Made by a program: the position numbers and the translations under genes. From a virus, in IMG/VR virus record IMGVR_UViG_3300020274_000001, positions 76,337 to 140,336 of that record: a DNA stretch of 64,000 bases; one strand, written 5' to 3'. The notes below the pieces were generated by a model. The model saw only the letters and a program-made list of their open reading frames with translations. It made no database searches and was not told the origin of the DNA. Shown here in pieces: positions 15,299 through 25,273 of this stretch. Within the stretch, counting starts at the first letter, position 1. Each line of letters opens with the position of its first letter.

Positions 15299-16621
15299 TT
15301 AAGCGGCGGCGACTTCTTCGGAGGTCGTCGTCGCTTTTTCTTTTTCGACCTTTACATCCATGCATAGAATCGAGTATGCTTCGTAGCGAGGGACAGTGTA
15401 AGTCCCCGGTGCTACGACTCTATCAAGAACGTGCACATTGCACTCGTTCTTGACTTCGATTTCTACCATGTCTCTACCAACAGAGTCTCTAATGTGCTCA
15501 AACATGAGGTCCAAGTCATCAAGCATGTCATAGGTGATTTCGATACAAGGCATACCAGAAGTAGTGTGCAAGGAACCAATCAATCTCAATTGACGATTCA
15601 ATTCTTTGGTAATGGCGTCAGCCTCCACTCCTTTTGTCAGTTGTGCTCTTTGAATGACCATTCGGATAAGGTGCTTCAAGCCGGTTGACTTGAGACCAGC
15701 CGCATTGGCGTGGCGAGTCAAAGCCCAATCCTTTGTCAGTTGCTCAAGCACATACTGATTAGTTAGGAAGTCGTGTATTTGCTGGTATACTCCATCTGTA
15801 ATCTTGACAGTCTCTTTCGATGTGAAAGAAGGTCGCTTGAACGTAGAGTCTTTGATGCTACCTTGGTGTATTGGAGTCCAAGACTTCAATCGTTCCATCT
15901 TCATCTCATCTGTTGGCAAAGAGTAGTATTCGTTTACCATCTCAATGAAAGTCTGCGTGAACAGTCCTCCCCATCCGGGGACATTGTTCGGATACAGACG
16001 ATATTGAAATTGTCCTTTCTTGTTAGCCCATACTCCTTGGTGATTGGATACATGAAGGAACCCACTCAAGTGGACCTCGTGTCCTCGCACATAATTCTCG
16101 ATGTTTGCTCGCTCGGCTGTTCCCATAGACAGTAGAGATTCGTCAGTGACAACCATGTGATATCCACGGTGTCCAGAAAATCGTATAGAGATGTATTGTG
16201 GGTCAATAGCGAGGTCTTTCGTCAAGAAAAAGTAGAGTCTCTTCGCGTTTTCCTTTGCATGTTCAAGACCATGACGGTAAGAACGAATGTTAGGCAAGTG
16301 GTCGTAATCGATATCAAAACCAATGTCAATACCAGCATGACCTTTGTCATTCATTCCCCAACGAACATGCTCATCGGGGCTCATGTTCTTGGTAGCGTAT
16401 GGTTCTCTTCGCTCTGGGTCAAAGTATCGGGCCAGACTGTGGGTAATAGAGACGGGGGCCGTTTCTATGGCATACTCTCGAAGTGCGTCGACAGACGGGA
16501 ACGCTTTATGGCGAGACTGGTGGCTGAACATGAATTCTCTGCGCTCGACCGCCTTCACATCGAGGTCTGTCGTTTCATAGAACGACTTGATTGCCTCTTC
16601 AAAGGTGCCAATGGAGAACAT
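15299..16621 (-). CDS. priS: DNA primase small (catalytic) subunit, archaeal type
   Basis: RREFMF, DIGFDID, FSGHRGYH and RQLRLIGSLH motifs; in an operon with MCM. Confidence 0.9.
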   Translation of the reverse strand: MFSIGTFEEAIKSFYETTDLDVKAVERREFMFSHQSRHKAFPSVDALREYAIETAPVSITHSLARYFDPERREPYATKNMSPDEHVRWGMNDKGHAGIDIGFDIDYDHLPNIRSYRHGLEHAKENAKRLYFFLTKDLAIDPQYISIRFSGHRGYHMVVTDESLLSMGTAERANIENYVRGHEVHLSGFLHVSNHQGVWANKKGQFQYRLYPNNVPGWGGLFTQTFIEMVNEYYSLPTDEMKMERLKSWTPIHQGSIKDSTFKRPSFTSKETVKITDGVYQQIHDFLTNQYVLEQLTKDWALTRHANAAGLKSTGLKHLIRMVIQRAQLTKGVEADAITKELNRQLRLIGSLHTTSGMPCIEITYDMLDDLDLMFEHIRDSVGRDMVEIEVKNECNVHVLDRVVAPGTYTVPRYEAYSILCMDVKVEKEKATTTSEEVAAA

Positions 16622-16625
16622 GTGT

Positions 16626-17393
16626 TCACTCTCCTAACAAGTTTTCCAATGCCTTGATTGCTTCTGTGGCATCGTGTTCGGAAAGGTCACCTTTGCCGAC
16701 AATCTTGACACTACCACTTCCAACCAATGATTGTAGTGTAATGTTGCCTTCGTCGACTGCTACGTTAATTGCGTCGAGCAATTGTTGGGCGGTATATCCT
16801 TGTGGGAAGATATCCTTAGCAAGACCGTTGATTTGGTCCCACTGTTCCTGTGTTGCTTTGTTCAAAACAGACTGCGCCATCGTTCCTGTCGATTGAGAAG
16901 GGATAGATATGTCATTAGATGGGTTGTCTCTCGGGTCTACTCCGAGGTCGCCCTCTATGTTATTTCCACTCGCTACAAACATCGGCTGTAATTCTTTGTA
17001 GGTATTGCCTGTAAATTTGGACTCTCTCTCACGAATTCGGAATTTGAATTCGATTGGGTAGTGGTGTCCGTCTTCTTTGGCTTTCTCAAGCATGGCGGAT
17101 AGGCGGTCTCGGAAGATACTGTTTCTTCCATTTGATGAAGTAGAAGCAAACCACCAATCCATGCGGTTTCCATCTCTTAGGTTTACGATGTTTACTGCCA
17201 CAGAAGGGGCCCATGTAGGGTTCTTCGATGGTATCTCCCACGAGGGTTCTCGTAGGATTGCTATTCGGTCGTATACTTTTCCAACCTCTGGTTTGAATTT
17301 GTCATTGTTACCACCACGGGCAGGGACAACGACACTCGCTCCAAAGGCATTCCATTCTTCGTCAAATTCGGCGTTTTTCTTTTCTTGGGACAT
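16626..17393 (-). CDS. Replication-operon protein, possibly ssDNA-binding
   Basis: Lies between MCM and PriS; GGAGG RBS before MSQEKK; beta-rich N-terminal half; function inferred from context only. Confidence 0.5.
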   Translation of the reverse strand: MSQEKKNAEFDEEWNAFGASVVVPARGGNNDKFKPEVGKVYDRIAILREPSWEIPSKNPTWAPSVAVNIVNLRDGNRMDWWFASTSSNGRNSIFRDRLSAMLEKAKEDGHHYPIEFKFRIRERESKFTGNTYKELQPMFVASGNNIEGDLGVDPRDNPSNDISIPSQSTGTMAQSVLNKATQEQWDQINGLAKDIFPQGYTAQQLLDAINVAVDEGNITLQSLVGSGSVKIVGKGDLSEHDATEAIKALENLLGE

Positions 17394-17452
17394 GATTATT
17401 TCCTCCAAAAGTAGGGGACGTGTCCCCACCTATAAATGATTCTACGGATTAT

Positions 17453-19858
17453 TCATAGACCCTTTACTCCGAGCATCTGACCTTTGCGTTCGATTTTATT
17501 TTGCTTAGACAATGCTGTCAAGAAAGTATCGAAATCTCTCTCTATTGGACATGGATAATCAGCAGAATCAAGTTCCCAGAATTTCTTCACGTATGCATAA
17601 GCATCCTTCTTGTTGCCATAATCCTTCATACCTAATTCAATTCCAGCCCAGACTTCAAGGAGGCGCATAATTTCATCCATGACCTTAGACTGCTCTTGAC
17701 CAAGACCGGTGCCCCCTTCATTAACCATGTTAGGTTCTTTGGTAGTCAACGATTCTATGAGAATTGAATGTGCGTAGTCAATGTGCTCTTTGTTGACAGA
17801 TGAAGAAAGGTCAAGACGGGCCACTGCGCAAGACAAGCGTTGCAACGCCGCTCCCCATCGGAAGTTAACAGTAGCACCGTTCACTCGATTCTGTCGAGTT
17901 TTTACGAAGATATCTGTCAAGTGCTTAGTAGCCTCGTCGTCAAATAAGACCGGTGCCGCTTGAACATCCCTACATAGTTGCAGGTATTTGCGGTAGCCGT
18001 CTTGAACAGGGAATAATTCGTTAGGGTCAACCTCGGAATGATTCATACCAGCAGTCATACCCTCCATGATAGAAGCATCTCTTTCATCATTAACAACATC
18101 GAGGAATACGAAAATCAAGTCGAACCGAGAAACGAATGACACAGGTAGTCTTGCTTGCTCTATCAGAGGGATACCAGAATACAAGTCGAAACGACTGTTG
18201 TCTCCACCTTTTGGATTTGCACAACCGAGAATAGGTGTATTGGTCTGTATGGTTCCTTTCATTTGCATCTGCACGGAAACTTGCCCTGTCTCCATAGCAT
18301 CATTGAGAGCAGTAAACACATTCTGGTCTCCTAAAGCGTGCATCTCATCGATACCTGCTATTGCACCCGGAGGAATCAAAGCGAGCATTCCCGGAGAAAG
18401 AGATGTTCGACTTGCACCTAACAACCTCTGATTCTCGGACTTACCACCTATCAATCCGGGGATAGAAGACCTCGCACCGGTTGCCATGTTGCTACCGGGG
18501 TGCATGTTACCATTTCGACAAGCGAAATTCAGTAATTGTGACTTAGCGGTTCCGGGGTCTCCGATTAAGAGAACGTGAACAAAGGGCCGCTTGCCGTCTG
18601 GAAGACCAGAATAAGAACCGACTGCTTGTAAGAGAAGAGCCTGCTTTTCTCGAGTATGTCCTATGACATGCGGGGCTGTTACCCTTGTAAGAATCTCCAT
18701 AATCTCATCAAGAGAGTGCTCTTCTTTCCAAGCCGCAAGAGCATGACGCTCTGTATCGTTAACCTCTATGACGGAATCCTGTGATGTCCGAGTAAGGTCG
18801 GTCGCATGAAGAACGCACATGCGCTCATTCTTGCCACCTGTTTTGTCAACATGCGTTCCAAAGATACCGGTGATGACGACATCCTCTCCTTGATTCATAG
18901 CATGGACATGTGTCCCACGGACTTCGACAAGTAGAGTAGGTGGAGTGGTCATTTGGGTATTGGTTTGTCGTAGCATTAGTCGTTGGAAAGTAATGAACGA
19001 TGAATTCGGTGCACCGTCTTGAACCCATGCGGTTCTGGGGTTACCCTGCATACCTGCACCGCAATGTGGACAGTTATCGGGTTTGATTTCTGAATCTTCG
19101 AAAAAGTCGGGGAAGGTATTGACGATTCCTCCGCAATTGTCGACTTTACATTTCCATGCTATCTTGATTGCTCGCTTTCGTGCATCTCCCATTTCGAGAA
19201 CCTGTCCTATGATTTTGACAAGACGACCGTCTTGTTGAGTAGAACAAATCAAGTCGTTGATTGACATTTCATCATCGATTCCGGACATTCGGATTTCTGG
19301 TGGAGCAAAGGAATCGGTGCCGAGAGCAAGGCGTAGTGCCATGTCAGCGTTGATAATTGAACCGAAAGTCTGCCATACTGTGGCTTTCAATTGCTCAATA
19401 ACTTCATTGGGGAAGTTGGTGATACAGATTCCTAATTCCATGTATGCATTTCTGAAGTCGGAGTAGTCGGCAAAGGTAACAACATCAGAAGATGCCAAAC
19501 CTGCTTGCCCTACTTGAATCGTTAATGGAGAGGGTATGTTAGCCGATTCGCTCGAATTTGGAAGAGGTAGGTGTAGTGCTCTCTGTAAGACACCCCTGTC
19601 CATGCAAATTGCTTCGGTTCCTATTTCTGAAAAGTATGAATCGAATGACATGCAAGAAATTGCTCTCTGTCGTGGTATGTTTTCTGAATTGACATACTGT
19701 TCGATTGCATTATTTGCTCGGGTGTCGACGTAATCTCTCGTAAACCCGTAGTCCTGTAAGAACCCAGAATGGTATGCCATGAATGCTACCACTGCTCTCT
19801 GTGCCCTGTCTTCTCTGTTCATCGGTTGGATGTTGTTCTGTTGCCATGCTAAGACCAT
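17453..19858 (-). CDS. mcm: MCM replicative helicase
   Basis: Zn finger CKVDNC..CPHC, Walker A IGDPGTAKSQLL, Walker B GIDEM, ANP, arginine finger SRFDLIF. Confidence 0.95.
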   Translation of the reverse strand: MVLAWQQNNIQPMNREDRAQRAVVAFMAYHSGFLQDYGFTRDYVDTRANNAIEQYVNSENIPRQRAISCMSFDSYFSEIGTEAICMDRGVLQRALHLPLPNSSESANIPSPLTIQVGQAGLASSDVVTFADYSDFRNAYMELGICITNFPNEVIEQLKATVWQTFGSIINADMALRLALGTDSFAPPEIRMSGIDDEMSINDLICSTQQDGRLVKIIGQVLEMGDARKRAIKIAWKCKVDNCGGIVNTFPDFFEDSEIKPDNCPHCGAGMQGNPRTAWVQDGAPNSSFITFQRLMLRQTNTQMTTPPTLLVEVRGTHVHAMNQGEDVVITGIFGTHVDKTGGKNERMCVLHATDLTRTSQDSVIEVNDTERHALAAWKEEHSLDEIMEILTRVTAPHVIGHTREKQALLLQAVGSYSGLPDGKRPFVHVLLIGDPGTAKSQLLNFACRNGNMHPGSNMATGARSSIPGLIGGKSENQRLLGASRTSLSPGMLALIPPGAIAGIDEMHALGDQNVFTALNDAMETGQVSVQMQMKGTIQTNTPILGCANPKGGDNSRFDLYSGIPLIEQARLPVSFVSRFDLIFVFLDVVNDERDASIMEGMTAGMNHSEVDPNELFPVQDGYRKYLQLCRDVQAAPVLFDDEATKHLTDIFVKTRQNRVNGATVNFRWGAALQRLSCAVARLDLSSSVNKEHIDYAHSILIESLTTKEPNMVNEGGTGLGQEQSKVMDEIMRLLEVWAGIELGMKDYGNKKDAYAYVKKFWELDSADYPCPIERDFDTFLTALSKQNKIERKGQMLGVKGL

Positions 19859-19862
19859 ATTT

Positions 19863-20579
19863 TCACTTCCTTCTCATTGTTAACCCCGTAATTCTCCATA
19901 CTTCTAAACCACCTATTTCGGGTAACAGGTATTGGTGTAGCCATGTAAAGAGAGCAGACCGCATAGTATACACAGTCAAGTCTGGGAATAGTGGGTGGTC
20001 AATCACATTGAAAGCCTCATACAACCGGATTTCTTGTGCGTCGAATTCGATAGCATTCATTGCAATCTTGACCATTTGACCTGCGTCTTCTTTGTTCGTA
20101 GGGTCATACGCTCGGTCTCGGGCATTGAATAGAGACTCAACATCACAGTCATCTGAAACATAAAGAGTAGGCTTTCTTCCTTTTTGTTTTGCTCGGGGTA
20201 GTGGGGTGTGATATGCCCTAAAACCCGTAACAGTGTTCTTCCGTAGAATACTGTTCATGATGCTGTTCCATTGTTGTGGACCCCAATCGGATGGTATCAA
20301 CTCATACTTGACTGCGATTCTTCGGTCGATGTAACCGTATAGGTCTCTCTCATCTCGAACATGTTTCAAATGGTGTTCGATTGCCGCTACGATTTTTTCA
20401 TGAGACTTGACAAGGCGGACTCCATTTAGGAAACCGCTCATCTCCTTCTTGAAGGGAACATTATCGGACTTGTTGATTTTGTCACGGAGTGCATTTAGAG
20501 CCTCTACTTTGTTACTATTCTTCATCCCGAAGAATGAGTTCACCCAAGAATCGATACCTATCTCCGTCATCGTCATCAT
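19863..20579 (-). CDS. Hypothetical protein, first gene of the replication operon (possible origin-binding protein)
   Basis: 238-aa basic ORF adjacent to the iteron region. Confidence 0.65.
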   Translation of the reverse strand: MMTMTEIGIDSWVNSFFGMKNSNKVEALNALRDKINKSDNVPFKKEMSGFLNGVRLVKSHEKIVAAIEHHLKHVRDERDLYGYIDRRIAVKYELIPSDWGPQQWNSIMNSILRKNTVTGFRAYHTPLPRAKQKGRKPTLYVSDDCDVESLFNARDRAYDPTNKEDAGQMVKIAMNAIEFDAQEIRLYEAFNVIDHPLFPDLTVYTMRSALFTWLHQYLLPEIGGLEVWRITGLTMRRK

Positions 20580-20632
20580 CTCCGCTCGGCGGGGAACCTA
20601 CCCAATTTGGAGGGGCATATTAACTTAACTCA

Positions 20633-20773
20633 TTTTATCACCCGATAAAACGAATAGATAAAACCAGCGTTGCAGTGATGCCTTTGTTTTATCAACGGGG
20701 GATTTATGATGTTCTAAAAACGTTATACTGAATAATATTTTATTTTATCAAAGCGTTTTATCCGATGATAAAA
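20633..20773. repeat. Putative replication origin with 7 TTTTATC/GATAAAA iterons
   Basis: Copies at 20633, 20644, 20657, 20687, 20743, 20756 and 20767 in both orientations, in an AT-rich intergenic gap upstream of the MCM operon. Confidence 0.6.
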
Positions 20774-20838
20774 CCAAAGCCTGCGCGAAGCGAACCTTAT
20801 TCTCTACGATACTATACTACTACAATTACATCTTCTAT

Positions 20839-21177
20839 TCATTCTTCTTCTTCATGAAAGATTACATTTCTTCCTATGATTACAGGAGAACCAAGATGGC
20901 CTCTGTCGCTAACTGTGAATGGTGCATTGATGGTTCCAATGTCACATTCGAATTCGACATAACATCTTTTTCTTTTCTTTACGCCGTTAGCATTCCTAAC
21001 TCGCACGACGGTCCCAGTGTATTCTACTCCAACGAAGTGTGCAAGTTCCTCGTCAATTGACGACGACGAAGCACCCGTGTCGACTAATGCGTTGACAGTA
21101 ATTGGCCAACCGTTTTCGGTTGTTAGTGTGATTTGAATTATCGGACCATCACGGAGCAGTTCCATAAACTCGTTCAT
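20839..21177 (-). CDS. Retropepsin-like aspartic protease
   Basis: ALVDTGASSSSID catalytic motif, VRNANG flap, VIIGRN; single-lobe size of 112 aa. Confidence 0.85.
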   Translation of the reverse strand: MNEFMELLRDGPIIQITLTTENGWPITVNALVDTGASSSSIDEELAHFVGVEYTGTVVRVRNANGVKKRKRCYVEFECDIGTINAPFTVSDRGHLGSPVIIGRNVIFHEEEE

Positions 21178-21787
21178 GGGATGCCTCCAATCCTTCTTCT
21201 TCCTTGTAGTAGAACCACCACATTCTGTTTCGCTTCCAATAAGTGATTCCTTCTGTGGCGTTGACTAAGTCTCTTACCTTGACTCTATCCTCATACTCGT
21301 ATTCTTCGGGTATGAGGTTTTTCTTTTTCCATTCTGCGTTAGCGACGCCACCATGCTCTTCGATGTAATCGATGATTCCCTTTGCGTAATCTTCGTGTGT
21401 CTTGGTCTCGTTAGGCACTTCTAATTCTTCTTCGACTTCTTCAGCGTTGCCAAAGGTAAACCCACTTTCGACAACGGTGACCCCTTCTCCATCGTCGACA
21501 TAGTCTTCCTTGTCTGGCCAAACACCAATCTTGGTCCCCGCAATATCATTCAATTCTTCTGGAGATATGAAATCAAGAACAGAATCGGAACGACGGTTCT
21601 CTTCGATATTCTGTAATCTCCGTTGCATGGCCTCAATGCTACCGATAGTCTCACCCTGCATTAGCATAATTCTTCTTTCAAGTTCTACGATTCTTTCTTC
21701 GAGTTCCGCAATCTTCTCTGAGTTTGCACTACCGAAGAGCGGTTGGCTTTTTCCAAGTTGTGACAACGCTGATTCGTCCTCGTCCAT
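21149..21787 (-). CDS. Acidic hypothetical protein with coiled coil
   Basis: ORF with likely start at MDEDE. Confidence 0.65.
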   Translation of the reverse strand: MDEDESALSQLGKSQPLFGSANSEKIAELEERIVELERRIMLMQGETIGSIEAMQRRLQNIEENRRSDSVLDFISPEELNDIAGTKIGVWPDKEDYVDDGEGVTVVESGFTFGNAEEVEEELEVPNETKTHEDYAKGIIDYIEEHGGVANAEWKKKNLIPEEYEYEDRVKVRDLVNATEGITYWKRNRMWWFYYKEEEGLEASHERVYGTAP

Positions 21788-21821
21788 AGTGTCCGTAGGT
21801 TTCGTATCAGTCAAAAGTCTG

Positions 21822-22076
21822 ATGTATGGAGTTGCCCTCCGTTTACCTGTGCCGGTCAAGTTGTTTGGAGTTTCATGGATGCGTCAAACACGCTCCGCAC
21901 AATCAATGTTATCGGACGCAGATATCCCATTCACCTTCATAGACGTAGGAGATAAACCACACATGGTCTCCGCATTAGAAGTTATCATCGGAGAACATAC
22001 TCTACCGGTTCTTCTGGTAGATGGAGTTCCATACAAGGGGGTAGAGCGTGTCAGAGAATACATCAAATCAACATAA
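21822..22076 (+). CDS. Glutaredoxin-fold protein lacking CxxC
   Basis: VKLFG.SW...LSDADIPFTFIDV...TLPVLLVDG. Confidence 0.55.
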   Translation: MYGVALRLPVPVKLFGVSWMRQTRSAQSMLSDADIPFTFIDVGDKPHMVSALEVIIGEHTLPVLLVDGVPYKGVERVREYIKST

Positions 22077-22923
22077 TCTTCCCGAAGACTTTGAATGTCC
22101 TATGGACTTACCCGACCCAAGTTGCGGGGCAAAACAAGGTCAATGGATTACAGGAGAGACCGATATTTCTTGCGAAGTGTGCAATGTGTTTCTGTTTAAC
22201 AATTTACACATCGGAGAAGAAGAAACCGTAGACACGGATGCTGACGCAGACGACATGGAAGACGACTATGTTGACGATGTGACTGTTGGAGAGGCAGAAA
22301 TAGACATCAACACCACACCCGAAGAGGCAAGAGCAAAGAGAGCAATGGAAGGTTTAGATGTCATAAAAAATCGTCTCCGATTAGAAGACTCTCCGGTCAT
22401 CAAAAACTTCGGAGACTTCATACAAACAAATCGTTTCGACATCCAGATAACCTACTTAGTAGTGCAAGAATCCAAGAAATTTTTCACCACCGGAATCGCT
22501 ATGCCAGAAAGAATGATGATAGTGACCGTTACATATTGTAAATTCATCAATCAATATGATATCCCAGAAGAAGTATACGAATTGCTTTCTTTCAACAGAG
22601 CAAAGATAGAGGGGATAGCCACAAGGTTCTTTGAAGAATATGCCGGCAAAGAGCAACCAAGAATCATTACTTGGATGAAAACATACGGTCGGTCTTTCAA
22701 ATATTCGCCAGAAGTCATTAAGATGGCCATCGAATTATGGGACGCCGCAGACCCAATTTATGTCGTGGCCGAAGACCAAGTGCGAGCAGTCGTTTGGTTG
22801 GAGTTAACCAAACATAAGATGGAAAAGACAAAAATCAACATGGCCGCACTGGCTCGGGCCACCGGTTTTGATTCAAGAGTCATATCCCGAGTAGTAAAGA
22901 AATACAAAGTTTACTTCGAGTGA
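22048..22923 (+). CDS. TFB/TFIIB-like transcription factor (divergent)
   Basis: N-terminal C4 Zn ribbon (CPM..PSC..CEVC), acidic linker, two helical cyclin-like repeats ending in MAALARATGFDSRVISR. Confidence 0.6.
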   Translation: MSENTSNQHNLPEDFECPMDLPDPSCGAKQGQWITGETDISCEVCNVFLFNNLHIGEEETVDTDADADDMEDDYVDDVTVGEAEIDINTTPEEARAKRAMEGLDVIKNRLRLEDSPVIKNFGDFIQTNRFDIQITYLVVQESKKFFTTGIAMPERMMIVTVTYCKFINQYDIPEEVYELLSFNRAKIEGIATRFFEEYAGKEQPRIITWMKTYGRSFKYSPEVIKMAIELWDAADPIYVVAEDQVRAVVWLELTKHKMEKTKINMAALARATGFDSRVISRVVKKYKVYFE

Positions 22924-22956
22924 AGACTTATGTCTAATGCCAAGCGTCAGTGTAAC

Positions 22957-23559
22957 ATGGCGAAGGTCAAATGGAACGAGTTCCGCAAGTTGCACAACGG
23001 AACCTCAAAAGAAGAAATCAGCAGACTGTGGAAAGATTACAAGGCAGGAGAATACGAAATTCCAACACAGGAAGAAGTAGTCGAAACCGTAGAAGAAGTT
23101 CAAGAAGAAGTTCAAGAAGAAGTTCAAGAGGAAGGCAAGTCTTTCGCAGAACTGTTCAATGATGTATTCAACAACCCTGCTCTTACCCCAGAAGAGATTC
23201 AATCGGCCAGACATGAGTTAGCGAAAGTCGCCCAAAAGACATCAGTCAAAGGATACGTTTGTTCTCCGACCGATGGTTGGAAACTATGGATTGGTCCAAC
23301 CAAAGCGGCTGTGCTTTGTAATGAAACTAAGGACATAGCATTCGCTTGTAACCGTGGTTATTGGCAAGCATTCTATCATGGTGCATCGCTATGCTACGTC
23401 GAAACATGTCAAGAAGAAGAAACCGTATTCCGTATGGCAGACTACTTCCGTAAGCGTGGACGATTCGTTGAGCGAGTCCCCATCCCTTCATACGAAATCA
23501 TGCTACCCGCTTCTAAGTTGGAAATCATCAACACAGCAAGCGGGAGTTGGAACCCTTGA
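22957..23559 (+). CDS. Hypothetical protein with EEVQ repeats
   Basis: ORF with likely start MAKVKW; GAAGAAGTTCAA tandem repeat at about 23092-23130. Confidence 0.7.
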   Translation: MAKVKWNEFRKLHNGTSKEEISRLWKDYKAGEYEIPTQEEVVETVEEVQEEVQEEVQEEGKSFAELFNDVFNNPALTPEEIQSARHELAKVAQKTSVKGYVCSPTDGWKLWIGPTKAAVLCNETKDIAFACNRGYWQAFYHGASLCYVETCQEEETVFRMADYFRKRGRFVERVPIPSYEIMLPASKLEIINTASGSWNP

Positions 23560-23978
23560 CCTCTATCGATGAGTTACAGGAACAACTTCAATTGATGCAA
23601 CAACAAATGGCATCGATGTTGAAACCGAAGGACAATCTTCCAATCGAAGATGAATTGTTCCTTGTATACAACCCACATAATGTTCGTGTGTGGTGTTCCA
23701 AATTAGATTGCCCTCACCTTGGTCGAGAATCAAGAGTCGATATGGTTAAACAACCGGTAGATGAAGAAGCCGCCAAAGCAATGGGAATCGAAACTAACGA
23801 AGTAGAGGTGCCGGTCGTTCGAGTAAGTGAACCAAAGAATGGCGCACACCCACTCGGTATTATTGCGGCCTTTGGAACAGAGAGAGAAGCAATTCGATTC
23901 GTCGAGAAATACTATCGACGCAACCGAGAACTGATGGATGACAATTTTGAATTGTGCATATCGAAGTTACTTCTTTGA
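23547..23978 (+). CDS. Hypothetical protein
   Basis: 143-aa ORF with TTG start overlapping the upstream gene. Confidence 0.65.
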   Translation: MEPLTSIDELQEQLQLMQQQMASMLKPKDNLPIEDELFLVYNPHNVRVWCSKLDCPHLGRESRVDMVKQPVDEEAAKAMGIETNEVEVPVVRVSEPKNGAHPLGIIAAFGTEREAIRFVEKYYRRNRELMDDNFELCISKLLL

Positions 23979-24010
23979 AGGTTTATATCCACTCGTAAGT
24001 TGCACTGTGT
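23977..24010 (+). promoter_or_regulatory. Candidate BRE/TATA promoter (leaderless)
   Basis: GAAGG-TTTATAT about 23-29 nt upstream of ATG 24011. Confidence 0.5.
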
Positions 24011-24247
24011 ATGAAGCACACACGTCACGCATACAACTGTGAAATATGCAATGGACCGATATCCGCCAACAATGTCAAGAAAAGAAAATTACCTTGGATG
24101 ATATGTTTCAAGTGTATGGCTAACATTCCCGATGAATACAGGTGCGGTGCCCCGAAGGTCAATGGAGAGCCGTGTCGCCAGATTGGGTCATTCGACGGAA
24201 GATGTAAACGTCACAGAGAGTCCCAAGAAACATCTTCTAAATCGTAA
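24011..24247 (+). CDS. Small double zinc-finger protein
   Basis: CEIC..CFKC and CGA..C..CKRH. Confidence 0.7.
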   Translation: MKHTRHAYNCEICNGPISANNVKKRKLPWMICFKCMANIPDEYRCGAPKVNGEPCRQIGSFDGRCKRHRESQETSSKS

Positions 24248-24765
24248 AGTAAATCTTCATCGACAATTTCGATGTCGTCTATTAGTTTACGCACAGCGTC
24301 CATTTCAGCACCATGTTTGAATCGTTTCATGAACACAGACCGAGAAGCCTCTTCCCTATCGACCTGCAACACCTTTGGAATCAACTTTCTGTTCCAAGGG
24401 TTGGCACCCTGCAAATAAATCCGGAGTAATCGAACGGCCATATGTATTATCGCAGAGTCCGAAGTAGTGTCAACGCTCTTCTTGTCATCCTCATGATATT
24501 GAGAAGTGCTGACGATTCTTTCAAAGAGAATCTGGGCTACTTCGTCTGGTATATATTTCCAAGTGTCTAATTCAGATAAATATCGAATCTGGGCTAAGTC
24601 ATCGATGACCTCCCCACGAAGAGAAACCCCGAGCCTTCGAGAATCCTTCGGAATCGGTTTGATTTGACCAGTGAATATGGCTCGCAATTTATCCTCTCTT
24701 GTCCTCATTTCCCGAATTGCTCGCAGATTTAAGTCCAAATTTTTTCGTGGTCTACCTCGTGGCAT
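24211..24765 (-). CDS. Putative DNA-binding protein with AT-hook
   Basis: N-terminal PRGRPRK AT-hook. Confidence 0.65.
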   Translation of the reverse strand: MPRGRPRKNLDLNLRAIREMRTREDKLRAIFTGQIKPIPKDSRRLGVSLRGEVIDDLAQIRYLSELDTWKYIPDEVAQILFERIVSTSQYHEDDKKSVDTTSDSAIIHMAVRLLRIYLQGANPWNRKLIPKVLQVDREEASRSVFMKRFKHGAEMDAVRKLIDDIEIVDEDLLYDLEDVSWDSL

Positions 24766-24891
24766 TGTTTCGTTTCCCCAGCACAGACGACATCAATAAT
24801 ACAAATCAATGTTTTGCAATCACACTAATCGTAGTTGTCCAATTAAACATTAAAATAAATTTCTCAATTTCAATCGGTTCGCTTATGGCTG

Positions 24892-25263
24892 ATGCGAAGC
24901 CTACGGGTATTCATGCAAGTGACGCCGACAAGCGTGGTCGTTCTCGACCCGAGCAATGAAGCAAAGAAGATTGAAAACCCTACTGTCTTGATGGCAGACT
25001 TTGGATTATGGGTAAAGACCGAGAAGTCACTATCCCTGTATACTTGGGAAAGAGTGGCGCACATTGAATTTGGAGATGAAGCGTCTGTTCAGAAAGTTTG
25101 GGAAGAAGCGATTCTTACCGTGTTTGAAGATTTACTCGACGACATGGAAGAAGACATGGAATTCGATGAAGAGGAAGCAACTACCGAGCCGGAGACCCCA
25201 ACCGAAGAATCAAAGGAAGGGCCTACTAATGCAGATGACCCGAACGCTAACCCATACAATTGA
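24892..25263 (+). CDS. Hypothetical protein with acidic tail
   Basis: 123-aa ORF. Confidence 0.7.
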   Translation: MRSLRVFMQVTPTSVVVLDPSNEAKKIENPTVLMADFGLWVKTEKSLSLYTWERVAHIEFGDEASVQKVWEEAILTVFEDLLDDMEEDMEFDEEEATTEPETPTEESKEGPTNADDPNANPYN

Positions 25264-25273
25264 GGCGATTTGA

